A stretch of 64,000 bases of DNA from Oceanispirochaeta sp. (GCA_963666275.2 CAXXOA010000002.1:128001-192000); one strand, 5' to 3'. Positions 1-10,189 are shown, counted from the first letter of the stretch. Notes: generated by a model not told the origin, from the letters alone. A program made the numbers and translations.

Positions 1-2
1 CA

Positions 3-1802
3 ATGATGATTGTCTTTGACCTGTTCATTTCCGGGACCTCCTGGAATCATCATATGAGACTTTTACGGTTTTTCCGCCTCGAATACAGTCAGAAGAACGC
101 TCTGAGGAAGCTGAACCTGAGCGAACAGAAATTTTATCAGATTTTTCATGAAGCTCCTTCTGGAATCTACTACTACAATGAGGATCTGATCATAGAGGAA
201 GCCAATAACGGATTGGCTGATATTCTTAATTACCCCCTGGAAAAACTAAAAGGCTTTGATCTGAGAGCAGTCAGAGATCTGAGACTGATTCCTACCCTGG
301 AAAAGGTCTTTGATGGAGAATCCGGATTCTATGAGGGGGAATACAACCTGACTACATCCGAAGGGAAACGGATCATATCGCTGCATACCTCACCCATGGA
401 GGATACTTCTGGCAATATTATCGGCGGGATAGGAATCGTTCAGGATATTACCGAAAAAACCATGATACAGAAGGAAATCGAGTATCAGGCCTATCATGAT
501 ACCCTGACGGGACTTCCCAACAGACAGCTCCTTATGGACCGCCTATCCCAGGCTTTGAAAAGTACCCGCCGGCACAAACACAAGGGAGTCCTTTTCTATC
601 TGGACCTGGATAAATTCAAGCTTATCAATGATTCTATGGGACACCAGATAGGAGACAAGCTGCTCATAGAAGTGGCAGACCGCCTGACAGAGGTTCTGAG
701 ACAGGAGGACACAGTCGCCAGGATGGGAGGAGATGAGTTCGTCATACTCCTGCCGGAAGTAACAGACGACAAAGAATCCTCTGTGATTGTAGCCGGAATG
801 GTCTCGGAAAAGATTCACCAGACCCTCTCTGACCCCTTTGACCTGGATAGCCATAGAATCCGAACCTCCACCAGTATCGGAGCCATTATCTTTGACGGAC
901 AGGAAGAATCACCCGATCAGGTTCTGAAGTTTGCGGATACGGCCATGTACCATGCCAAAGACCAGGGACGGAGCCGGACCAGCTTTTTTCATAAAGAGAT
1001 GGATGCGATTCTTCAGGAACAGATGTCTCTGGAAAAAGACCTTTCCGAGGCATTAAAGAGCGAAACTCTTGAGATCTACATTCAGCCCATAGTGAGGATT
1101 GACAGGAAGAGAATCTGCGGCGCCGAAGCCCTTTTACGCTGGTTCCACCCGGAGAAAGGATTTATCAACCCTGAAAAGATCATTCATACCGCAGAAAAAT
1201 CCGGGCAGATTATACCCCTGGGAAAATGGATCATGAAGAGGTCCCTTGAGATATACAGGGAACTGAAAAACCGGGACGGTTGTGAACTGGACTACATATC
1301 CATCAACCTCAGCGTCAATCAGATCCTTCAGCAGAACTTTGTGAGAGAGACCCTGGCATTGCTGGAAGAATCAGAAATCCCCTTTGAGAGAATCATCCTG
1401 GAGATAACGGAAAATATTTTTATCCGGGACTTTGAGAATACAATAAGCAAAATGCAGGAACTGAGAGACAGGGGAGTACAGTTTGCCCTGGATGACTTCG
1501 GAACTGGATATTCCTCCCTGTCCTACCTGAAGAAACTGCCTCTGGACAAGCTGAAAATTGACAAATCCTTTACTGAGAACCTGATGAGTGACAGAAGCAG
1601 TTTTGCCCTGGTGGAAACCATTATGAAGATTGCCGAACAGTTCGGGCTTCAGGTCATTACCGAAGGGGTGGAAGAGAAGGAGCAGATCGACGCCCTGGAG
1701 GGGATGGAATGCTCCTTCTATCAGGGGTATTACTGCAGCAAACCCCTCAAACCGGAGGATTTTGCCCGGTTTGCAGAGGAGTTCAACCGCAGGAACAGTT
1801 AA
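3..1802 (+). CDS. PAS-GGDEF-EAL c-di-GMP cyclase/phosphodiesterase (probably 5'-truncated by window edge)
   Basis: PAS-like region, HDTLTGLPNR, RQED I-site before MGGDEF, EALLRW, DDFGTGYSSL. Confidence 0.93.
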   Translation: MMIVFDLFISGTSWNHHMRLLRFFRLEYSQKNALRKLNLSEQKFYQIFHEAPSGIYYYNEDLIIEEANNGLADILNYPLEKLKGFDLRAVRDLRLIPTLEKVFDGESGFYEGEYNLTTSEGKRIISLHTSPMEDTSGNIIGGIGIVQDITEKTMIQKEIEYQAYHDTLTGLPNRQLLMDRLSQALKSTRRHKHKGVLFYLDLDKFKLINDSMGHQIGDKLLIEVADRLTEVLRQEDTVARMGGDEFVILLPEVTDDKESSVIVAGMVSEKIHQTLSDPFDLDSHRIRTSTSIGAIIFDGQEESPDQVLKFADTAMYHAKDQGRSRTSFFHKEMDAILQEQMSLEKDLSEALKSETLEIYIQPIVRIDRKRICGAEALLRWFHPEKGFINPEKIIHTAEKSGQIIPLGKWIMKRSLEIYRELKNRDGCELDYISINLSVNQILQQNFVRETLALLEESEIPFERIILEITENIFIRDFENTISKMQELRDRGVQFALDDFGTGYSSLSYLKKLPLDKLKIDKSFTENLMSDRSSFALVETIMKIAEQFGLQVITEGVEEKEQIDALEGMECSFYQGYYCSKPLKPEDFARFAEEFNRRNS

Positions 1803-2923
1803 GAGGTACTCTGTTTGGCCCTGTACTTCTCCACTTCCCAGTTGTTGATGAAATCAATTTTATCCTGAGGCATGAACCGGACGCCTCCGAAGTTTTCACT
1901 CAGTACAGAGACCTTCACAGCATCCTGAAATAGAACCCGGGAAAGATCCGCTTCTTTCTGAGAAACCCCGCAGGAGATTATGCCCCGGTTCTGAACCAGG
2001 ATGGTTTTCGGTTTTTTACCGTAAGCCTTTTCATAGGATACGACGCCCTTAACCAGAGCGGCCGTCATTGCTTCAGGGGAGCCCTCCTCTATCCAGAGGG
2101 GCTCATGCCCCATATAGACGATGTGATCCGGAGTAAGCGCTGAAAAGACAGGGGCCGCCGCCTCTCTGCTGACAAGCCAGGGATCACACTGACGGATTCT
2201 GTAGAAGTGAAATCCGCAGGAGGGGCCGTAGGCGCGGCTGACCGCTTTCTGCAGATCTGCGGCAAGAGCCTGATCAGCAGGAAGTTCTTTCATATCGGGA
2301 GTGATGGATATTTTCGTTTCCAGTTTCCCCATAAGGAACTCATAGCGCTTATCCACATCGCTGATGCTGTCTCCGCCTGTGAAGACACCATGATTCTGAA
2401 GGATAATGTACTCGGGAAAGTCCTTCCCTTCGGAAGTGAATTCCTCCACCCTGTCTTTCACATACCGGGCCAGGACATATCCCGGATTCACCACGGGAAT
2501 CCAGAGCATTTTATCTCCCAGGAGTTCCCGGGCGATCTCCTCCCCCCTGACAGCACAGGATAATCCGTTCATAAGGGCGGGATGGGTATGGACCACATAT
2601 TTATAGGGGATAAAACTGTGAAGCAGGGTTTCCACACTGGGACGGGCGCTTTCGCCTTCCAGCCGGGCCTCCATCAGGTCCTGCAGAGCCCGGTCCTCCC
2701 TTTCCTCTGTATTTTCGGGATAGTCGGCAGTCCAGATAGCATCCAGACCGGACTGATCCATTTTTACAAAACCCTTTTCATCTATTTCCGCCATGGAGGA
2801 TCCCGAGGCCTTCACATACATGACCCCTTTTTCTTTCAGAGAGGTATTCCCTCCCCCGGCCAGGACGTAATCCGGGTTTCCGCCGTAGCGCCGGGTTACT
2901 TCAATAAGCTCGTCTACAGACAT
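1799..2923 (-). CDS. Class II aldolase/adducin family protein, probable rhamnulose-1-phosphate aldolase (aldolase part of RhaEW/YuxG type, no SDR domain)
   Basis: LAGGGNTSLK, PSVETLLH, HTHP, LQNHG, TPDH motifs; 2 bp downstream of rhaA. Confidence 0.8.
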   Translation of the reverse strand: MSVDELIEVTRRYGGNPDYVLAGGGNTSLKEKGVMYVKASGSSMAEIDEKGFVKMDQSGLDAIWTADYPENTEEREDRALQDLMEARLEGESARPSVETLLHSFIPYKYVVHTHPALMNGLSCAVRGEEIARELLGDKMLWIPVVNPGYVLARYVKDRVEEFTSEGKDFPEYIILQNHGVFTGGDSISDVDKRYEFLMGKLETKISITPDMKELPADQALAADLQKAVSRAYGPSCGFHFYRIRQCDPWLVSREAAAPVFSALTPDHIVYMGHEPLWIEEGSPEAMTAALVKGVVSYEKAYGKKPKTILVQNRGIISCGVSQKEADLSRVLFQDAVKVSVLSENFGGVRFMPQDKIDFINNWEVEKYRAKQSTS

Positions 2924-2925
2924 TT

Positions 2926-4191
2926 TCAGCTCCTTCGGGCAAGGACTTTCTTTTCATAGTCCAGTACATTCGCGATTAGCTCCGCTTCGGTGGGAACACC
3001 CATCTGCTGACAGTAGTAGTCCCAGATAATACCGGAAGGCATGGACTTCAGCTGTTCCAGCATCGCCAGGCGGGCAAAACTGTTGCCTTCCAGATCGTAC
3101 TGTTTCAGAGTGTCCGAAGGTTCCAGGTATCCCATGAGCAGTCCTTTCAGGGTCGCTCTGGAACCGATGGCATAGGCTCCGATTCTGTTGATGGTCCCAT
3201 CGAAAAAGTCCAGACCGATGTGTGTATCCTTTACCCGCTGACAGCGGACAATCTCTTCTGTGAGATAGCGGATATCGTCGTTGAGAATGACCACATGATC
3301 GCTGTCCCATCTCATGGGCCGGCTGACATGAAGGAGGACTTCATCAAAAAACTGATAGATCGAAGAGAGCTTATCAGCGATCAGCTCTGTGGGATGGAAG
3401 TGTCCCAGGTCGAGACAGACCATTTTTTTCCGGCTCATGGCGTATCCCATATAGAATTCATGAGATCCCACAACGAAGGCTTCGCTTCCAATGCCAAACA
3501 GCTTGGTTTCCACAGCATCTCTCATTTCAGAGGCGGGAAACTCTTTTTTGAAGACCTCATCCAGAGCTTCTGCCAGGACGGCCCTGTATCCGGCCCTGTC
3601 CACGGGAAGATCCTTGGACCCGTCGGGTACCCAGGTATTGATAATGGAAGGGGTTCCCAGGGCTTTACCGAAGGAAGCGGCGACTTCCCGGCTCTTCTGT
3701 CCATGACGAATCCAGAAATCCCGGACTGTTTTATCTTTACTGGAAAGGGTATAGCCGCTGTCTGCCATAGGATGGGAGAAGAAGGATCCGTTATAGTCCA
3801 GTCCCAGGCCTCTTTCTTTCGCCCAGTCGATCCATCCCGTAAAGTGCTCGGGGCCGATCTCGTCTCTTTCCACTTTCTTTCCGTTGAACTCACCGTATAT
3901 AGAGTGCAGATTCAGCCTGTGTTTTCCCGGAATCAGAGAGTAGGCTTTATCCAGATCCTCCCGCATTTCTGCAATGGACCGGGATTTTCCGGGATAATTT
4001 CCCGTCACCTGAATACCACCGCCCGAAAGGGTGGAATCGGGAGTTTCAAAGCCTCCCACGTCATCTGTCTGCCAGCAGTGGATGGACAGGGCTACTTTTT
4101 TCAGAGCCTCAAGAGCCTTATCTGTGTCTACACCCAGTTCGGCATAGGCTTCTTTAGCGTAATTATACATATTTTCCAGTTTATCACTCAT
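2926..4191 (-). CDS. rhaA: L-rhamnose isomerase
   Basis: SIHCWQTDDVGGFE, GNYPGK, LFGIGSE, DLGHFHPTE, LHVSRPMRWDSDHVV; GGAGG RBS. Confidence 0.96.
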   Translation of the reverse strand: MSDKLENMYNYAKEAYAELGVDTDKALEALKKVALSIHCWQTDDVGGFETPDSTLSGGGIQVTGNYPGKSRSIAEMREDLDKAYSLIPGKHRLNLHSIYGEFNGKKVERDEIGPEHFTGWIDWAKERGLGLDYNGSFFSHPMADSGYTLSSKDKTVRDFWIRHGQKSREVAASFGKALGTPSIINTWVPDGSKDLPVDRAGYRAVLAEALDEVFKKEFPASEMRDAVETKLFGIGSEAFVVGSHEFYMGYAMSRKKMVCLDLGHFHPTELIADKLSSIYQFFDEVLLHVSRPMRWDSDHVVILNDDIRYLTEEIVRCQRVKDTHIGLDFFDGTINRIGAYAIGSRATLKGLLMGYLEPSDTLKQYDLEGNSFARLAMLEQLKSMPSGIIWDYYCQQMGVPTEAELIANVLDYEKKVLARRS

Positions 4192-4242
4192 TTGATTTTC
4201 CTCCGTATATTCCCATATTAGGGGTGGTCAGCGAATAAAACC

Positions 4243-4271
4243 TTGACGATCCTCCCGATTATTAGCACAAT
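4243..4271 (+). promoter_or_regulatory. Putative sigma70 promoter of AraC gene
   Basis: TTGACG-17 bp-CACAAT, 9 nt before ATG 4281. Confidence 0.55.
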
Positions 4272-4280
4272 ATTATCACC

Positions 4281-5135
4281 ATGTTCCAATTGAACAGACC
4301 TGATTTTTTTGACTCGAAAGATGAGCCGATCAAGCTTATAAGGCGCTCTCCCCAGATTCCCTATCCACTGCATAACCATGATTTTTCCGAACTTGTGATT
4401 ATCATGAGCGGCACAGGGGAGCATTTTACCGAACAGGGATCCTACAGACTGAAAGCGGGAGATGTCTTTGTCATTCACAGCGGGACATCCCACGGTTATA
4501 AAGATCTGGAAGATCTTTACCTGGTCAACATACTGTTCACACCGGAGAATCTGCCCCTTCCCTTTCTTGATATTGCCTATATTCCGGGATTTCAAGCCCT
4601 TTTCCGCCTGGAACCACAGTACAGGGATTCTCATCAGTTTGCCAGCCGGCTGGAACTGAAACCGGATGATCTGACCAAGGTCACATTCCTGCTGGATAAA
4701 ATGGAAAGAGAGTATACCTACAGGCAGAAGGGCTGCAACTATATGGCCGCTGTCTCCTTTCTGGAACTGGTGGGCCTTCTGAGCCGCTGTTACGACAGGT
4801 CCGAGAGCGTTCAGAACAGGGAACTGTTAAGAATTGCCCGGGGGATAAGCTACCTGGAGCACAATCTTACCCAGCAGGTAAGCCTGGAGGAACTGGAAGA
4901 GATGACAGGAATGTCCAGCAGCTCTCTCAACAGACATTTCAGGAGGGTCTGCGGGGTTCCCCCGGTGGAGTACCATATCCATCTGAAAATCCGGAAAGCC
5001 TGTTCTCTTCTCAAAAGAACAGATCTGAGCATTACAGAGATTGCCTATTCCTCGGGATTTGAAGACAGCAACTACTTTTCCAGACAGTTCCGCAAGGTCA
5101 TGGGGACCTCTCCCAGTACCTACAGGAAGAGCTGA
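4281..5135 (+). CDS. AraC family regulator, RhaR/RhaS-like
   Basis: Cupin HNHDFSELVI, C-terminal GFEDSNYFSRQFRK HTH; divergent from rhaA. Confidence 0.9.
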   Translation: MFQLNRPDFFDSKDEPIKLIRRSPQIPYPLHNHDFSELVIIMSGTGEHFTEQGSYRLKAGDVFVIHSGTSHGYKDLEDLYLVNILFTPENLPLPFLDIAYIPGFQALFRLEPQYRDSHQFASRLELKPDDLTKVTFLLDKMEREYTYRQKGCNYMAAVSFLELVGLLSRCYDRSESVQNRELLRIARGISYLEHNLTQQVSLEELEEMTGMSSSSLNRHFRRVCGVPPVEYHIHLKIRKACSLLKRTDLSITEIAYSSGFEDSNYFSRQFRKVMGTSPSTYRKS

Positions 5136-5327
5136 CCCTTCGGCACTTCGACTTCGCTCAGTGGAGCCCTCTGCTCAGGGACCACCCTTCGGCACTTCGA
5201 CTTCGCTCAGTGGAGCCCTCTGCTCAGGGACCACCCTTCGGCACTTCGACGTCGCTCAGTGGAGCCCTCCGCTCAGGGACCTCCCTTCGACACTTCGACT
5301 TCGCTCAATACAGGCCCGCTCAGGGAC
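5136..5327. repeat. Tandem array of four ~49-bp REP-like palindromic units
   Basis: Units start 5136, 5185, 5234, 5283; consensus CCCTTCGGCACTTCGACTTCGCTCAGTGGAGCCCTCTGCTCAGGGACCA; 4th degenerate; lies between convergent genes. Confidence 0.93.
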
Positions 5328-5337
5328 TTCCCCTGGA

Positions 5338-5958
5338 CTACTGCGGTTTCAGGCCTGTTCCTATGATCACTTTATTGTGATGGAGAAAGGTTCTGATCCC
5401 TGTAAAACCGGACTCTTCAAGGATGGCTTTCATATCCTGCACCGTCAGACTGCCGTGATGCCCTCCCGGAGAGGAATCTCCCGGAAAATCGGCAATAAAG
5501 ACACGTCCTCCCGGTTTCAGAAGACGGAAAAGTTCCTCTGAGGCTCTGGACGGATCGGAAAGGTAGTGCCAGACAAAAAGGGAGATAGCCGCATCGGCAA
5601 CATCATCGGCCAGGGGGACATCCCGGATATCGCACTCCAGAACTTCCACGCGCCTGTTGATTCTCTTTTTCCGGACCCGCCGGGCCAGTTCATCCAGCAT
5701 TTCCGGGGACTGATCCAGAGCCAGGATTTTGCCGTTCCGGAGGACTTCCGCCAGCATGAAGGTATAAAACCCCGATCCGCTCCCCGCATCCACGACCATT
5801 TCGGTACCGGACAGGCCCAGATAGGCCAGGGCTTCTTTTCCGGGAAACCCGTAGGATCGTTCAAAAAATTTCCGGAAAATCCCCAGATACTGCCGGGCCT
5901 TCCTTTTTCCGGCTCGCCCTCTGTAAAGTGCAGTATTCTCCCTTTCCGACTCGGCCAT
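5338..5958 (-). CDS. Class I SAM-dependent methyltransferase
   Basis: VVDAGSGSG motif I, LDQSPEML, LLKPGG; start moved to ATG 5958 behind AGGAG. Confidence 0.88.
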   Translation of the reverse strand: MAESERENTALYRGRAGKRKARQYLGIFRKFFERSYGFPGKEALAYLGLSGTEMVVDAGSGSGFYTFMLAEVLRNGKILALDQSPEMLDELARRVRKKRINRRVEVLECDIRDVPLADDVADAAISLFVWHYLSDPSRASEELFRLLKPGGRVFIADFPGDSSPGGHHGSLTVQDMKAILEESGFTGIRTFLHHNKVIIGTGLKPQ

Positions 5959-6036
5959 GACAACTCCTGTAAGGTTTTTCATTTATTTATAATTGTAGCA
6001 ATTTAAGAATTTCTGTCAAAGTTATAATACCTTCCA

Positions 6037-6065
6037 TAGACTAATGATATCCCCGGGTATATGAT
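6037..6065 (+). promoter_or_regulatory. Putative sigma70 promoter of MATE gene
   Basis: TAGACT-17 bp-TATGAT, 8 nt before ATG 6074. Confidence 0.5.
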
Positions 6066-6073
6066 TGTCCGCT

Positions 6074-7459
6074 ATGGGTTCATTTTTCATACCCCTACAG
6101 TCTCTTCCTCTCAGATTTCAGCAGGAAAAAGAGTTCTACAAAAGACTGATGACACTGGGTCTTCCCATCGCTCTTCAGAACCTGGTGACAACCTCTTTGA
6201 ACATGCTGGATACTCTCATGATCGGACAGCTGGGTGAAACAGCTATCGGAGCTGTGGCCCTGTCCAACCAGATCTACTTTCTGATGATCCTCCTGACCTT
6301 CGGAATCAGCAGCGGGTCCTCTGTTTTTACGGCTCAGTTCTGGGGAAAGCGGGATCTGAAAGGAGTGCATCATACTGTCGGGCTTTCACTGCTGCTGGGC
6401 TGTACCGGCGCGGGCCTTTTCACACTGGCCGCCCTTTATCTTCCCCACAGGATTCTGGGACTTTTTACAGCCGATCAGGCTGTAATTGCGGCGGCTGTCC
6501 CCTACCTGAGAATTACAGCGATCAGTTATCTTTTTACAGCGGGAACAATCATTTTCCAGGGAGCTCTCCGCTCCATCGGGGTTGTGAAGCTTCCTCTTTA
6601 TATTTCTGCAGGGGCTTTGAGCCTGAATGCTCTGTTGAATTATGCCCTGATTTTCGGGAAGTTGGGATTTCCCCATCTGGGAATCACCGGGGCCGCTCTG
6701 GCAACCACAGGAGCCCGGATACTGGAAACGGTCATACTGGTTTCTCTCATTTATCTGGACCGCTCTCCCGTGGCCGCCACTCTCAAAGAGATGAAAGGCC
6801 TGACCCGGATCTTTCTGAAAAAGTACTTCTGGAGAGTCTCTCCGGTCATTCTCAATGAAATAGGCTGGTCCATGGGAGTCACCATGTTTACCGTGATTTA
6901 CGCCCGCATGGGTACTTCAGTCCTGGCCGCCTACAATATTACCGACACCTTTGCCCGTCTGGCATTTGTCCTTTTCTTCGGGAGCGCCAACGCCTCGGCC
7001 ATTGTGCTGGGCAATATGATAGGCGAAGGCAGACAGCTGGAGGCGGCAGGGCACGGGCGGTTTCTCCTCCTGACGGTGCCGCTTGCCACGACTCTGATAA
7101 CAGCCCTGGTGATGATAGCGTCTCCCTGGATACCTCTGGCTTTCAATGTGGCCCCGGACGTCAGGACCTATATCAGGGAGTTCCTGGTCGTCCTGGCTGT
7201 GTTTCTGCTGTTCAAAACATCCAACATGCACATTATCGTTGGGATACTCAGAAGCGGCGGGGACACCCATTACTGCATGACCATAGAGCTGCTGCCACTC
7301 TGGCTGATAAGTATTCCCCTTGTGGCAGTCAGCGGCCTGATCCTGGGCCTGCACCCCGCTTTAGTCTATACCCTGTCCATGTCCGAGGAAGTGATCAAAT
7401 ACGCGATCAGTTTAAAAAGGATTTTTTCAGGAAGATGGATTCATGATTTGACAGGATAG
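6074..7459 (+). CDS. MATE family efflux transporter
   Basis: LPIALQNL..LNMLDTLMIGQLG, AQFWGK, GILRSGGDT; ~12 TM segments; start 6074 (ATG) preferred over 6065 (TTG). Confidence 0.92.
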   Translation: MGSFFIPLQSLPLRFQQEKEFYKRLMTLGLPIALQNLVTTSLNMLDTLMIGQLGETAIGAVALSNQIYFLMILLTFGISSGSSVFTAQFWGKRDLKGVHHTVGLSLLLGCTGAGLFTLAALYLPHRILGLFTADQAVIAAAVPYLRITAISYLFTAGTIIFQGALRSIGVVKLPLYISAGALSLNALLNYALIFGKLGFPHLGITGAALATTGARILETVILVSLIYLDRSPVAATLKEMKGLTRIFLKKYFWRVSPVILNEIGWSMGVTMFTVIYARMGTSVLAAYNITDTFARLAFVLFFGSANASAIVLGNMIGEGRQLEAAGHGRFLLLTVPLATTLITALVMIASPWIPLAFNVAPDVRTYIREFLVVLAVFLLFKTSNMHIIVGILRSGGDTHYCMTIELLPLWLISIPLVAVSGLILGLHPALVYTLSMSEEVIKYAISLKRIFSGRWIHDLTG

Positions 7460-8001
7460 GCCCTGATCCCCTCCAGGGGAGAGTGGGCGTGAACCCTGTC
7501 TTTCACAAGGAGCACAGTGAACGGGACTTTCAGCTGGTTATGGAAAATCACATCATGCCCCAGACAGAGGCCCATTTCGATCACAAAGTCTGCCTGCCTG
7601 TTCAGGAACTCTGCCTGCCCGGCGGGATTACAGGAATAGACCTCGCTGGTTTTCTCCTGATCGATCTCCCTTTCTTTCACCCCCCCCATGGAACAGCGGG
7701 CGGGAATAAGATGGAGACCCTGGTCCTCCATCTTTTCCCTCACCTCCTGAGCCAGGCCCTCCATTCCGAAGCAGTAGGCCAAACCTATATTCTCATACTC
7801 CTGGGAAAGGCAGAACTCAATCACTTCCTGAAACCGGGAGAGTGTTCCCGCCCTGCCGTTATCAATAAGGCGGGAGCTGTTCTTTACAAGAGAGTTCACA
7901 CTTTCCCGGCTATAGACTTCCAGGCTGGCTTCTTTTACCTGAAAACAATCAGCTCCTGCGGTACGGCAGGCTTTGGATGAGCAGTCAAGACAATTCTTCA
8001 T
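7441..8001 (-). CDS. DUF1847 family Cys-rich putative metal-binding protein
   Basis: N-terminal CxxCxxxxC, IGLAYCFG, CNPAGQAEFLN, GLCLGHD, VKDRV. Confidence 0.85.
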   Translation of the reverse strand: MKNCLDCSSKACRTAGADCFQVKEASLEVYSRESVNSLVKNSSRLIDNGRAGTLSRFQEVIEFCLSQEYENIGLAYCFGMEGLAQEVREKMEDQGLHLIPARCSMGGVKEREIDQEKTSEVYSCNPAGQAEFLNRQADFVIEMGLCLGHDVIFHNQLKVPFTVLLVKDRVHAHSPLEGIRAYPVKS

Positions 8002-8023
8002 ATATTCATATTATGGTATATAT

Positions 8024-10159
8024 TTATTTAAAGAGCAAGATCCTCATGGCGTTCAGCACAGCCAGAAGGGCCACACCCACATCGGCAAAGACAGCCAGTC
8101 CCATACCGGCAATGCCCAGAGCAGCCAGCCCCAGTACGGCCGCTTTGATTCCCAGAGCCATAATAATATTCTGAAGAACGATCTTCCGAGTCCGGGACGC
8201 AATCCGTCTTGCCGTAACAATCCGGGAGGGTTCGTCTGCCATAAGAACAATATCCGCCGCCTCAATGGCTGCATCAGATCCCAGACCACCCATGGCGATC
8301 CCCACATCCGCTCGGGCCAGTACAGGAGCATCGTTGATCCCGTCTCCCACAAAGGCGGTCCGCCTGTCCTGAAGAACCAGTTCCTCCAGGGCGGCGACTT
8401 TATCTTCCGGAAGAAGGTTTGCCCTGTAGCTTGTAATTCCCAGCTCGGCCGCTATGGCGGCAGCGGCTTTCTCACTGTCCCCGGTCAGCATAATGATCTC
8501 CCGGATCCCCACTTTTTTAAGGTTCCTCACCGCTTCCGCAGCATCCGGCCGGAGCGTGTCTGCCAGAGACAGGGATCCCAGATACTCCGTCCCCCCTGCC
8601 AGAGCGACAACGGTTCCGATGAGACTCTCCTTTTCGGAGAGATCAGTGCCTGTGATTTCACTGATCCAGGATGGTTTTCCCAGGGAGATCGTCTTCTCCT
8701 CCAGGGTGACCTGAATACCTCTTCCGGGAAACTCCACCACCGTATCCGACTCCGGAAGGGTCACCAGGGGAGATGTTTTTATCCAGGCCTTTCTTATGGA
8801 CTCGGCAATGGGATGAGTGGAATGGGTCTCTGCTTCAGAGGCAAGGTGCAGGAGTTCCTCTTCTGTTGTTCCCGGAGCCGGATCAATGGATACAACCTCA
8901 AAGACGCCTTTTGTGAGGGTTCCCGTTTTATCCATAACCACAGTATCAATCTTGTTCAGCGCTTCCAGATAGTTCCCGCCCTTAACAAGGATCCCATGCC
9001 TGGAGGCTGTTCCGATCCCGGCAAAAAATCCGAGAGGAATGGATACAACGAGAGCACAGGGACAGGAAACTACGAGAAAAACAAGCGCCCTGTAGATCCA
9101 GTCGGAAAACAGAGCCCCCTCCAGCAGCAGAGGAGGAACCAGCGCCATAAGGAGAGCCGAAACAACCACAACAGGTGTATAGATACGGGCAAAGCTTGTA
9201 ATGAACTGCTCAGACCGGGCCTTCCTGCCGCTGGACTCTTCCACCATCCGGATAATCCGGGAGTAGGCTGACTCTTCCAGGGTATGGGAAACTTCGATTT
9301 CAAGAGGACTCTCCCGGCAGACGAACCCGCTGAGAACAGTGGCCCCCCCGGAAACTTCCCGGGGATAGGACTCTCCTGTCAGCGCGGAGGTATCGACGGT
9401 TCCTTTTCCTTTGAGAACCACACCGTCCAGAGGGATTCTTCCTCCGGGACGGACAAGGATTTCCATTCCCGGCAGGACATCTTCGGGAGGAACTTCGCTG
9501 TAGGCTCCCTCTTTTTTGACAAGGACCATTCCCGGTTTGGAATCCAGAAGATTCCTGATGGAACGGCGGGACCTGTCTACGGCAAGATCCTGAAAGTACT
9601 CTCCCACCTGATAGAAGAGCATGACCGCCACAGCTTCGGGAAACTCCTGTATGGCAAAGGCTCCGATGGTGGCTACCACCATAAGGAAGTTCTCATCCAT
9701 CAGCCGTCCCTGAAGTATATTTTTCAGTGCGGAGATGAGAACAGTCCTGCCGATGAGGAGATAGGCCAGGGCAAAAAGAGAGATACTGATTCCTCTGGAG
9801 AGAGTGATACTTCCTTCTGTGAGAATCAGGAAAAAGAAGATCAGGGCCCCTGCGATTTCAGGCAGCCGTTTCAGGAGAGAGGAGAAGCCGCCCTGCCGGG
9901 GCTGAAGCTCTTTTTCTCTGGCTTCTTCCCGTCCCATAACGGTAACGCCCTCTTCAACCCGGTCGACAAGGATCTGCAGTTCCTCCATCACTCCCGGTTT
10001 CAGGTCTGCTCCTCCCGTATCCAGAGTCAGAACCTGGGTTGCCAGGTTATACCGGGCCTCTTCCACCCAGGGGAGTTTATTGATTTTATCTTCAATCACA
10101 GCCGCGCAGTTTGAGCAGGTCAGGCCGCTGAGTATAATTTCATTCCTTTTCTTTTCCAT
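8024..10159 (-). CDS. cadA: Heavy-metal (Zn/Cd/Pb) P1B-type ATPase
   Basis: HMA GLTCSNC, TGES, SCPC, DKTGT, GDGINDAP, FADVG. Confidence 0.93.
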   Translation of the reverse strand: MEKKRNEIILSGLTCSNCAAVIEDKINKLPWVEEARYNLATQVLTLDTGGADLKPGVMEELQILVDRVEEGVTVMGREEAREKELQPRQGGFSSLLKRLPEIAGALIFFFLILTEGSITLSRGISISLFALAYLLIGRTVLISALKNILQGRLMDENFLMVVATIGAFAIQEFPEAVAVMLFYQVGEYFQDLAVDRSRRSIRNLLDSKPGMVLVKKEGAYSEVPPEDVLPGMEILVRPGGRIPLDGVVLKGKGTVDTSALTGESYPREVSGGATVLSGFVCRESPLEIEVSHTLEESAYSRIIRMVEESSGRKARSEQFITSFARIYTPVVVVSALLMALVPPLLLEGALFSDWIYRALVFLVVSCPCALVVSIPLGFFAGIGTASRHGILVKGGNYLEALNKIDTVVMDKTGTLTKGVFEVVSIDPAPGTTEEELLHLASEAETHSTHPIAESIRKAWIKTSPLVTLPESDTVVEFPGRGIQVTLEEKTISLGKPSWISEITGTDLSEKESLIGTVVALAGGTEYLGSLSLADTLRPDAAEAVRNLKKVGIREIIMLTGDSEKAAAAIAAELGITSYRANLLPEDKVAALEELVLQDRRTAFVGDGINDAPVLARADVGIAMGGLGSDAAIEAADIVLMADEPSRIVTARRIASRTRKIVLQNIIMALGIKAAVLGLAALGIAGMGLAVFADVGVALLAVLNAMRILLFK

Positions 10160-10189
10160 GGGAAAACCTCCGGGATGTTCTCAGGATCA

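Noticed and set aside
5136..5327. CRISPR array
   Set aside because: The units are near-identical along their whole length with no unique spacers, and there are no cas genes.
5041..5541. 166-aa ORF across the repeat
   Set aside because: It is a translation of the palindromic repeat and overlaps real genes at both ends.
7973..10114. Long + strand ORFs (432 and 276 aa) opposite cadA
   Set aside because: Antisense shadows of a well-supported gene, with no recognisable motifs.
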